Assembly: GCA_040954595.2 (NCBI GenBank)
Contig: CM082585.2
Span: forward strand, 7,851,353 to 7,915,352
DNA length: 64,000 nucleotides
Origin: Balanoglossus misakiensis
Taxonomy: Eukaryota > Animalia > Hemichordata
Reading direction: 5' to 3'
Shown: piece after piece, positions 1 to 12,500 of the stretch
Layout of the letters: each line of letters opens with the position of its first letter
Position numbering within the stretch: the stretch's first letter is position 1
The notes under the pieces: model-generated
Seen by the model: the letters and a program-made list of their open reading frames with translations, nothing else
Databases searched by the model: none
Told to the model about the DNA's origin: nothing
Made by a program: the position numbers and the translations under genes

Positions 1-556
1 CGAATGTCGTTGCAGGAAACAAAGCGAAGAAAATGTTCCAGAAGGTGCATGCCCTGTCTGACACAATGCACTCCAAAATACAAATGATTTAACAACAGAA
101 ACCGCAGTATGGACTACAGCGGGCGACATAGCACAACTGCCCTATTTTTAATATGTCACACGTGCGTACAAAATAATCTAATGCAAATTGAAGTTCCATT
201 TCAGAGCCATGCACGTACTGTACACCTCTAAAGTAGTATATCGAGAAAACACAAAAACAAGACACTGTCATCCAACTTTCTTTGATTCAAATAACAATCT
301 CTGCACTTGTTAACACACACACACCTGACATTGCAGTGACCATTTAAGCAATACTGAAGACAAAAAATGGATAGAATATTAATTTCCCAGTCATTCTTGA
401 TTTTAGTTTACTTCATTCGGCATAGAAATAAACAAATCTATGCATGTACAAAATATATAATTTCCCATAGCATAAAGTAACAAAACATCTATGACTGGAA
501 AACAGGAAAGGCTTTTCTGGAAATATGTATTTTACAGGCACACACTCACTACATCA

Positions 557-3500
557 ATGGAACTCAGATTACTCTTGGCTCTGGGAAGTCTTGTACTCCT
601 ACTGACAGGTAAGCTATCAATGAACATCGGAATTTCATTTCTTGGAACATTATCCAGTACATGATCAGGCACACACTGTACCAATTAAAAGTTACTGATT
701 ACCTAGTTAGTTACCAAACAAGCACATTATTTGGGTTAATTTGTCCTACAAAAGTATTTATTTTTCCCAAAATGATTGTTAATTGAATTTCGAGGAAATT
801 TATTAGCTACACCAGCAGGAAAATTAAAACACTATATCCAAATCAACAGTTACTTTTTCGCATACATCTATGTATTGGTCAGAAGCTGATAACACCAATG
901 TCTAAATATATTAATATAAATATCCTACAGCTACTCCAACCAGTACTACAACCACCCAGTCAACAACAGGTAGTTATATGTTTTTTTTTCTATTTTTGCC
1001 GTTTTATTGTTATATGTAATCAGTAACAACGAATAAGCTGGGAAAATATATTAATATATGAATTTATTAATCCTACAGCCGCCACGACAGGTATTACAAC
1101 CCCGCCACCACCGACCTCAGCAAAATCAACAGCAGGTAGTTATACTTTTTATGTTAATTTTGCCATTTTATTGTTATTTGTATTCAGGAACAACGAATAA
1201 GCTGGGAAAATATTTTAATATATGAATTTATTAATTCTACAGCCCCTACGACACTTAAAACAACCCTGCCGCTGACAACCTCCAGAAAAACAACAACAGG
1301 TAATTATACTTTTATTTTATTTTTTGCTATTTTATTGTTATTTGTAATCAGGAACAACGAATAAGCTGGGAAAATATATTAATATATGAATTTATTAATC
1401 CTACAGCCACCACGACAGGTATTACAACCCCGCCACTGACGACCTCTGGAAAAACAACAGCAGGTAGTCATACTTTTTATTTTATTTTTTGCTGTTTTAT
1501 TGTTATTTGTAATCAGAAACTACTAATAACCTGGGAAAAATATATTAATATATGAAGTTATTAATTCTACAGCCACCACGTTAGTTACTACAACCCAGCC
1601 ACGGACAACCTCCGCACAAACAACAGCAGGTAATTATACTTTTTATTTTATTTTTTGCTGTTTTATTGTTATTTGTAATCAGAAACTACTAATAACCTGG
1701 GAAAAATATATCAATATATGATTTTATTAATCCTACAGCCACCACGACAGGTAAAACAACCCTGCCACCAACGACCTCTGGACAAATAACAACAGGTAGT
1801 TATAGGTTTTTTCTATTTTTGCCATTTTATTTTTTATCTGTAATCAGGAACAGCGAATAACCTGGGAAAATATTTTAATATATGAAGCTATTAATCCTAC
1901 AGCCACCACGTTAGTTACTACAACCCAGCCACGGACAACCTCCGCACAAACAACAGCAGGTAATTATACTTTTTATTTTATTTTTTGCTGTTTTATTGTT
2001 ATTTGTAATCAGAAACTACTAATAAGCTGGGAAAATATATTAATATATGAATTTATTAATTCTACAGCCACCACGACAGATATTACAACCCAGCCACCAA
2101 CGACCTCTGGACAAATAACAACAGGTAGTTATAGGTTTTTCTATTCCATATTAGTGTTATTTATAATCAGGATCAGCGAATAACCTGGGAAAATATATTA
2201 ATATATGAATTTATTAATTCTACAGCTGCAGCCACCACGACAGATATTACAACCCAGCCACCAACGACCTCTGGACAAACAACAACAGGTAGTTTTACTG
2301 GTATTTTGCTGTTTTATTTCTATTTGCAATCAGGACCAAATAATGCGCTACTTGATGCAATCGAACAGGGGCAGTCACCTGTCTATAGACGTGTGCAATT
2401 AAAGTAAAGGTTTATTCATGCATGCTTGAATAAACACTTCCAACTTGATTGGGTTATTTTTGTGACAATCATTATCAAAGGCTCAGTCAACATATTTCAT
2501 CAAAGTTTGAGTGCTTTACATTACATTATCCAGATAGCAGGGTGTCATTCCTTTAGCAGCTTTCAGTCTTTGATGACATGAATTTTGACATATGAGCATT
2601 GATAAGGAATCTCACACACAGCAATAAGATGGTTTGTCTGGGTTCCAGCCAGAGCTTTGGGTATTACCCAGGCTGAGAAATTGTTACAGCTGTTGCCATT
2701 TTAAACCTGTGAGTAAAGAACCTTACCGTGTTTGGACAGTATAAAATTCTTTTCCAATGCTACACTTCAAGTTTATGACGTCATCCAATTAAAGTATACA
2801 CATACGGTACCAATAGAGCATGTGGATAGATAATCGACTGGAATCCAGCAAGACCAGATAAGTTGACCGTCCACTGCAAGAAAAAGTCACAAAATAGTAG
2901 GATAGGTGTTAATAGAATATGGAAACAAAATATTACATCATTTCATACCATTGTGAATAGGGCAAACGAGTAATGGTCATCACCACTTTTTTTGTGTGTG
3001 AATCTATTCCATTCCAGCTTGGACCTGCCATGCGTTATCCGATCCCATATCTGGGAGTCTAGACTGTACAAATGGGTTCTACTACAACAGTACATGCACA
3101 TTCAGCTGTGATACAGGCTATGATGGAAATGGTACAGTATCAAGTGTGTGCGAATCGACTCAAAATTGGGATCCACCAATTGATTACACATGTACAGGTG
3201 AGTGATAAAATGTTCGACTGATGGAACTTTCTTATTAAATGTACAGATAATTCAATACCATGAGTTTTTCATTAGTTCACAGCAATTAAATGATATTCAT
3301 TCAAAAAACAATTAGCTGTAAATATCACAAGATATAAAAATACAAAGCACAAACTGACATAATATATCATGCAAGATATTTGCCACTATTGTTTAATAAA
3401 GAGAAATTGCACCTAATTTTACGTATCTAATAATTGCATTTTCAATTTTGAATCTATTCCTCTCCAGCTTGGACATGTCCTGCATTATCAGATCCCACAT

Positions 3501-6500
3501 CTGGTAGTCTAATCTGTTCAAATGAGTTTTACTACACTAGTATCTGCACATTCAGCTGTGATTCAGGCTATGATGGAGGTGGTACAGAATCAAGGATTTG
3601 TGAATCAACTCGCAATTGGGATGCATCAGATAATTTCATGTGTACAGGTGGGTGATTGCAATGTCTACTGATGGAACTTCCTTCTTTGAAATGTCCAGAT
3701 AATTCAATACATTGCAACTGATTAGTTGATGGTAATTAAATAAATAGCAGTATACATTACAAGACACAAAATATAGCATATTAAAAATATAACTGACATA
3801 ATACCGTAAATCAAGAAAATTACGTGACAGGAAATTTTCGCGATATACATGTTACGCGCCGATTAATTTTCGCATTCTCATCATTGCGGTATTTTCCATT
3901 CCAGCTTGGGCATGTCCTGATTTACATTACCCAACATCTGGAAGTTTAAACTGTACAAATGGGTTCCATTACAATAGTAACTGTACATTCAGCTGTGATT
4001 CAGGCTATGATGGAAGTGGTACAGTATCAAGAATATGTGAATTAAATCGTAATTGGGATGCCTTGGATAACTTCACATGTACAGGTGTGTGATAAACCTT
4101 TCCCTGCCTTCTACAGAAGAGAATTAGCGAGCAAAACTACTGTAGAGTAAAATAAACATAAAACATCAATTCATCTGCAGGATATCTTCATGCATGGCAA
4201 CCAACGTTCTTGCGAACAATTACTGTTTTACAGACATCGAGCCACCGTTGTTTCAAAACTGTCCGGATAACATTACAACGACAACAACTGATGAGGAACA
4301 AGGTCTGGCAAACGTTTCCTGGACGGAGCCTACTGTATCTGACAATTCTGGAGAAACGCCTTCTCTTATGAGAACACACCAACCTAATGATGGCTTTTTC
4401 ATTGGAAGTACATTGGTCACTTATACTGCATGGGATGCCGATGGAAACCAAGCTGAATGCACATTTGTTGTCCATGTACAAGGTAAAGTTATTCTTACTA
4501 TGATCCTGTCTTCTTTTTAGAGCCCATTTGTAAACCTTCAGAAGCACATGCGTTTATCAACATTGTATTTTAACATGAGCTAAGGTTCTAATGCTAATCT
4601 GTTTCAGATCTACCTCCACCAACACTGCAATATGTTTGGGCTTCCTCATATCAACGTGGAACTGTCAGACTGCAAGTGCGGTTGAACTATGATTACCATT
4701 ACTACTACGGCTACTATTACGAGTATGAAGTGTCTTACTGGATTGTTCCGGATGCAGATAACAGCATTACGATAAGGGATAACGGAACAGATAGATATGC
4801 TGACACTACCTTATACAACTTGAACCCAAACGAAACATATGAGATGTCAATTGTGATATTTCATTATGGTCGTATCAGTGAGCCCTTCTTGATGAATTTT
4901 ACTGGTAGGTTTCAACAAGTCTCACTGGCTTTCAATACTAACAACTAAATATCATGCTTTCACATGACATATATCCCGTAGTTTTAGGCTTAGATTCTAT
5001 TGGCAAAGAAACACAGGACTAAATTCTTGTTAATTTAAGTACACAGAATGTAAAATAACACTGAATTACGATTGAAACATTCACACAAACTATTGTTTTC
5101 TGCAAATTAACTATTTGGTAATGATGAAAAAAGGAAAGGTTAGTTGGAAGTGAGATTTAACAGCACTATCACTGAATAAGTAGAAGTTGCAATTCTGAGG
5201 AACATTTATCCTGGTTTAGGTGATTGCAAATGTTGAATAGGTTTAGGTAAAAGTTTCTGATATGCTGCCTTTGAATTAATGCAAATTGTGTGCATATTAG
5301 CAGGTTTCAAATGACTTCTTAATTCCATGTCACCTACACATACTAGGCAATGCAATTATAAAATGGATTCTTTCAAAATGTGATGATAATAGCAAAACTT
5401 TTATTCTTGGTACAGATCTTTGCGCAGATGACCCATGCCAGCTGAATGGTATCTGTGAAAGCTTTACTATAAGATGGTATTATGGACACTTTTCCGAATA
5501 TTACAACTGTAACTGTCGACCTGGTTTTGTGGGCCATAACTGCACAGGTGAGAAATCACTGACAAAGGCGTTACCAATAAATCTAAAATTCTGTAATAAA
5601 TGGATTGCTGTCACATTTAGAATATGGGGAATCTAAGGCTAAAAAGTACTGTTGTTTGGTTTTGTACAGGATTCAGTGGCTAGACGGTGTAGTTGGAAGT
5701 GCGGGGTCAACTCCCAGTCCATTCAGTAAATTGCAAATTGAAGCTATTCACAACATTCAATTTTTTTAACAACACAAGTTTTATAAAGTAACAATCCATT
5801 TATGTATGGTTGTTTTACTTATCTGATTTTATCAGCATATCGACATTTCAGGTCAACATCTCTTCATCTGATAATGCGTTTACAACCAGAATTCAGAGAT
5901 AATGGGCAATTTGCTCTGGTGACGTGGGCATTTTTTCTTCTTTTAGTTGAAATTTGTGCCATGAAAATGTGTTGATGAAAGAGATATTGATATTTTTCAG
6001 AACTTTTCATATATGCTGAGTTAATTGATACCACAACAACAACAGTGACAGTAAGATGGAGGCTGACAAGTGAAAGTTATCAATGGGAAATCAAAGAAAT
6101 TATAGCCATCGATTTGATTGACGAGGAAATGGTTGAATTTCGTTCTTTTGAGTACTACTTGCAGCGTGAAACCACATTGGGTCATCTGAGACCAGGAGCA
6201 TCATACGTTATTAAAGTTACCGCATTTGGATGGAACAATTTCAACATCAGCGCCGATGACATTATTGCGAACATAGGCAAGTAACCAGCAAATATAGACA
6301 AAATTAACACAGCAATGTTGGTTTTGTAAATTTATGATGATATAGTTGACTCTTTTGAGCCTGTTCTTGTAGTAAATAACGACGGGTGACAATCGTAGCT
6401 AATTGTTTTTGATCTCAAACCTTCTCCTATAAACAAAAGTTTGAAAGTGTGAAAATACAACAAAGATGTACGCTTTGCCTTTTTCGACTAACCCCCCTCT

Positions 6501-9500
6501 AAAACATGTTTGCTCTTACTCCAAAGTAAAAGTGATTAATCTTATCAGTGTTTTCTGTTAAAGTTATCATTTGTTTGGTAACTGTAGATTTTACTGATAT
6601 GATTAATTGTTAAGTTTACTAGTATGAACTATGACCACAAAATATGATGTTTCTTAATGCTCTTGCAATACTAATTATCAAGACATCAACACTTGTCTAG
6701 GAATGTTGCTGATCATAAATTACACATCAGGCAGATCGAGGTGCCTCTTGGGTCTCATGTTTGTTACTTTCGTCACAGCTCCGGAACCACCAATATGGGC
6801 AGGTATCACCAACTATAACTCAACAAGTGTTTCTCTCTACTGGAATCCCGGATATACAGAATATGATTCGTTTGACGTTGGGTATGTGTGTGAATCTACC
6901 GGACTGATGGCAAACACCACACTGAATGTGACATCTACAGATACCACTTTGGTCGACTTGCTACCGAACAACACGTGTTGGGTTGATATCACTACGTGGA
7001 GTAATGGTCTTAGAAGTGCCAATAAGTACACAGTGATTATAAGAACAGGTAAAAGACATTTTGGTGTTTATTTGATTTTCGTCGCTGTTTTTTCTCTGTG
7101 TATGCGTATCACACTGATATCATGGATGCTTGACAATTTTACCAACAGCTCCAGATTATTGTGCTGATTCACCATGTGGATTTAACAGTAGCAACTGCCA
7201 AAGTGATAACAATGGATACAATTGCTTCTGCCCCTCCATGCCCGACATAGGTAAGGCTTGATCAACTTTACCAATGATCTCTGTTGATCCAAAATATATC
7301 AATTGTTTCTATTTCTTTTAAACATGCAAAGCAGTTAATTATAAAGTAGATTTTGCATTGAATAGTCATCTTTGGAACACAGCGTTTCCTGCCTGCGATT
7401 TGTTGAAGCCATGCAACGATCGTGTTATCGGTTAACAATGACCATGTTAACAATTAGGACAACCATTGCCTGGAAATCATCTGCACATGTGCACACATGA
7501 CGAAATGTGTGTTGATAGCTGCAGCTGACCCCACAATGTGTGGCATCTACTGTTATTCCATGGTCACTCAATATGTACCAGTACCAGTATATACCAAATA
7601 TTCTACCACTTATATCCATTTATGGTTGGGTAGACATTTTCGCTCATGACCATGTTCTGCAAGACCTTCGCCTACATTTGTTAGTGAAACTGTGATTCAA
7701 TAAACCTCTGCATGGGCTGCTTTCAATGATGGCCAAGACCTGTTATAACACAGGTTACCTTTTTACTTTAATACATCTGCCTGTCCTTTCCTTCTGAATT
7801 GTTATCTTGCAATCAATTCTTGCAAACGTCCTGTTCACTAATCTGATGACTAATTTCTAACCTTTACTGTCTAGAGCCGACAACAATTACAACATCTACC
7901 GATCCGACAGAAGGTAAAAAATCAATCAAGTATTGAAAACACCTATTCATTTATTTTGAGTTACATCCATTTAAAGGTTGTTAATATTCATCAAAAGAAG
8001 AGCTTCCAAAATTGTCTTTTTTGTTGCAAATTACTGACATTGAAAGTGTGTTGCCAAGTGCTCTTGAATTATAATAAGTTGTATGTCTTTATTAAATATA
8101 GTACTAATATCATGTTCAACTAATGTAATTACTCTTATGATATATATCTGCAGGTATACCAACAGTGACTTGGGTTTATGCGTCATCACATCAGCGTGGG
8201 ACTGTTGAATTGTACTGGGATTTGGACTATCAGTGTGGTGACTACTGCCAACTTGATGTGTCTTACTGGACTTACCCTGATGAGATTGACACCATCACAG
8301 TCACACAAAATGCAACATATGATTCTGGTTCAGTTAACCTGCAAAACTTGATACCTAACGAAACCTATGTAGTATCATTTGTGGTATTTCGTGGCGGAAG
8401 TGAAAGTGAGCCGTTTGTAATGAATTTCACCGGTAGGTTAAAATTATGAATGCACACACAGGTTGATTTCTGTGTATGCTGATTTTTGGACAGATGTATG
8501 TATTCACATTATATATATATTGTACACATGTATATTCACTTCCACTTTTTTTAAGTTTTGCTTTCATTTCCCCAGTGTGAACATATTAAACTGACCCTGT
8601 CATTTATTGGTACTCAAAATGTAAATTTGGTATACATGTACAAGTATAAATAACAATGCAATTAGTACATTCACTAGTTACTTAATATGATGAAAACATC
8701 TAGGTAATTGTACTAATGTAAACATTAATGTATTCATTGTCAACATTTCCCTTTATTTAACACATTATCTAGGCAGAAATCGTAACAGACTTTTACAGTA
8801 CGAGATAATGCTTTTTGCCAATTTGCACCACTTTCAGATTTGTGATGCTTTACTAAATGACACTGGAAAATTGCAATGCCTAAAACATCAGTGCAATAAC
8901 AAATAAATTGTATACATAGATATGTTATTTTATACATAGCCAAATTAAATCAATAGTTATGCACTGTTACTGGCGATATGTGATGATATTTTCATTCCTT
9001 ATTATTCTCAAACAGATCTTTGTGCTATCAATCAATGCCAAAGTGTGACATGCAACAGCTACACTGACGCAAGCAGATATGGGTATTATGACGAAAGTTA
9101 CTACTGCTACTGTCTACCAGGTTTTTTTGGCCAGAACTGCGATGTTGGTGAGTATTAAACTTGTGCTTTTCTAGCAGTCCTTAATCAATCAACCTAAATG
9201 TGGAGTACATCAAATGGATATTATGGATTGTAGAGTAATATTCACTCATCATTTTCTCCCAATCTGTTTCAGAACTTTTGATCAATGGTGAATTAGTTGA
9301 CACGACAACAACGACATTAACTATCCGATGGCATTTATCAGATGAGAGATATAGAGGGAACATCAAGGATTTTATAGCGATTGACTTGACTGGAGCCGAC
9401 ATGAAGGAATCCCGCTCTTATGAGTACTATATACGCCGTGAAACAACGCTTGGTCGTCTGAGGCCAGGAACATCATACACCGTGACCATTACAGCATTTG

Positions 9501-12500
9501 GATTGAATGATTTCAACATCAGTGATGCAGTCATAGCTAATTTAGGTATCTGTATTCAACTGCTAAATGCTAAAGATATTTGCGCCTTTAGTGCCTTGAG
9601 TATAAATATATTTACATGAGGCACAACAAGCGTTAAGTTACACATGGGTTTCCAAATGTTGTCCCTGTTATTTAGGCACAAGAGAAACAATTTGGCGGGC
9701 TTAGAACTTATTGTACATTGAACTGTTTACGTCACAGCTCCAGAACCACCAACATGGGTTGGTATCAGCCACTACAATTCAACAAGTGTGTCCATCTACT
9801 GGAATCCTGGATACACAGAACATGATTTCTTTCAAGTGACGTATATGTGTGAATCTACAAATATAACACTCAATGCAACGTCTAGTGATGTAACTCTCAA
9901 TGACTTGCCACCCAACACCACTTGTCAGATTGACGTCAGCACTTGGAGTAACGGTTTGCGAAGCACAGCCACGTATACAAAGATGATAACGACAGGTAAA
10001 TTGTTGGTTTCATTTGAAAGAATGAGAATGTAATACCACAAAAGTCAGACAGACAAGTCATGTCATTGTGACACGCAGACTGACAAAGTGCAGGCATTTT
10101 ACTGTGTCCAGTTAGTGATTATCTACACTGGTCAATTATGATTGTTCATTACTTAATATATGGCGAATTTGATTTCCCCTGTCCAGCTCCTGACTTCTGT
10201 GCCAGTTCACCCTGTGGTTTTAACACCAGCAGCAGCTGCAGGAGTGATATCAATGGATTTACGTGCTCATGCCCAGCCATTCCAGGTATGGTTGAATTAT
10301 CTTTTTGGATATAAGAAACTTCACTTCAGGCAATTTGTCATATGGAAAAATTAATGTACTTCAAATAGGCACAGTGGTGCTCGAGCCTCTTCTGCACTGT
10401 AACAATAAAGTACTATTCCCATGTTATCTGTACCAACTCTAGTCTTTACACCAACTGGGACTGAAACATCATCTAAATGGACCACTGAACAAGCTACAAC
10501 ACAACCTGTGACAACACCTGAGGACACCACGCAACCCGAGTCGACAGCAGCCACCACTTGGCCTAACATCACAACATCGTCACCAACAGCAGATCTATCA
10601 ACTACACAATATGTTGCCGAACCAACTACAACATGTAATTATTTCTGTTTATTACAAGTAGGATATTGCTTTTGGGTGGTGGCATGTCATCTTACTTTGA
10701 ATTTAGTATTTATAGACGATCCCCACTTTGAACATATTATAGGTCGAAATTATGCAATATTAATAAATAAAGCACACAAGAAACCAACAGTATTTTTTTT
10801 CAGATCCACGCCTCCCACAAGTGTACCGGGTCAAAGCCTACACATATCAGCGTGGAACTGTTGAATTAAAGATTGAATTGGATTACTGGAACTATGATGG
10901 CTACGACATCGAAATCTCTTACTGGGTGTATCCTTATATGAATGACAGCATTGTAATATCAGAAAATGGCACATACCACTACCATGAAACTACTCTATAC
11001 AACTTGGAATCAACTGAAACATACGTAGTATCGGTTTTGGTATATCATGGTTCTAGTGTAAGAGAGCCGTTTGAAATGAATTACACCGGTAAGTTTCAAT
11101 TTTTATCAGTCTCTGTGTGTATATGTGTGTATATCTATGCAATGTGTTTAATGTGTGTTCATTTCTTTCTTTCTTTGTGGTATACTTAATGATACAATGC
11201 ACAGTAAACAAATTAATGATCATCAACTAAATGCTTCCAACAGTACTTATAATCAATCAAAATTAAATCAATAGGTTTGTAATGCACTGTTACTGGCGAT
11301 ATGTGATGATATTTTCATTCCTTATTTTACTCAACCAGATCTTTGTGCTATCAATCAATGCCAAAGTGTGTACGCATGCAACAGCTACACTGAAGCAAGC
11401 AGCAATGGGTATTATTACGAAAGTTACTCCTGCTACTGTCTACCAGGTTTTTTTGGCCAGAACTGCGATGTTGGTGAGTATTAAACTTGTGCTTTTCTAG
11501 CAGTCCTTAATCAATTAACCTTAATGTGGAGCACATCAAATGGATATTATGGATTGTAGAGTAATATTCACTCGTCATTTTCTCCCAATTTGGTAATGTT
11601 TTCATCATGCTTTCATATTTGGTTTGTGTCACTTTTACAATATTCAACCTCCTATATTTATCAGGATTTTCAGACAACATTGGATATTTCACATTTTACT
11701 AATAATTATGGGATGCAATTAGCAAATACTATTGCTGGGCATTACCTATAAGTACCTTTAAAATTGTAAACAATTTAATAAGTCATTGAGATATGAATCA
11801 TATTCACTCTTATTTGCTTTGGACCTTATTGATTCTTGTCAGGTAATTAACGCCATATAAGTGACATTAAACTGAAATATAAAACCTTACTGATGATTCT
11901 CTATTAAATGAACTTTACTTATAAATGATCTTTTACACTTTGTTTCAGAACTTTTGATCAATGGCGAATTAGTTGACGCGACAACAACGACATTAACTAT
12001 CCGATGGGATTTATCAGATAACAGATATAGAGGGGACATCAAGGATTTTATAGTGATTGACTTGACTGGAGCCGACATGAAGGAATCCCGTTCTTACGAG
12101 TACTATATACACCGTGAAACAACGCTTGGTCATCTGAGGCCAGGAACATCATATGTTGTGAACATTACAGCATTTGGATGGAATGATTTCAACATCAGTG
12201 ATGCAGTCATAGCTAATTTAGGTATCTGTATTCAACTGCTAGAAATAATGCTAAAATATTTGCGCCCTTAAATGTGAAACCAGAGTATAAACATACTTAC
12301 ATGAGGCAGAGCGTTAAGTTACACATGGGTTTCCAAATGTTGTCCCTGTTATTTGGGCACAGGAGAGTGTGCTTAATTTTTCCTTATGCTAGCACTGCCT
12401 CTTATTGTACACTCATGACTGAGGCTGCATGACTGAACTGTTTATTATACATCACAGCTCCAGAACCACCAACATGGGTTGGTATCAGCCACTACAATTC

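Noticed and set aside
1000-2300. Regularly spaced repeats with variable inserts resembling a CRISPR array
   Set aside because: Units are spliceosomal introns plus homologous 57-nt exons. The 'spacers' are similar to each other, there are no cas genes, and the context is eukaryotic.
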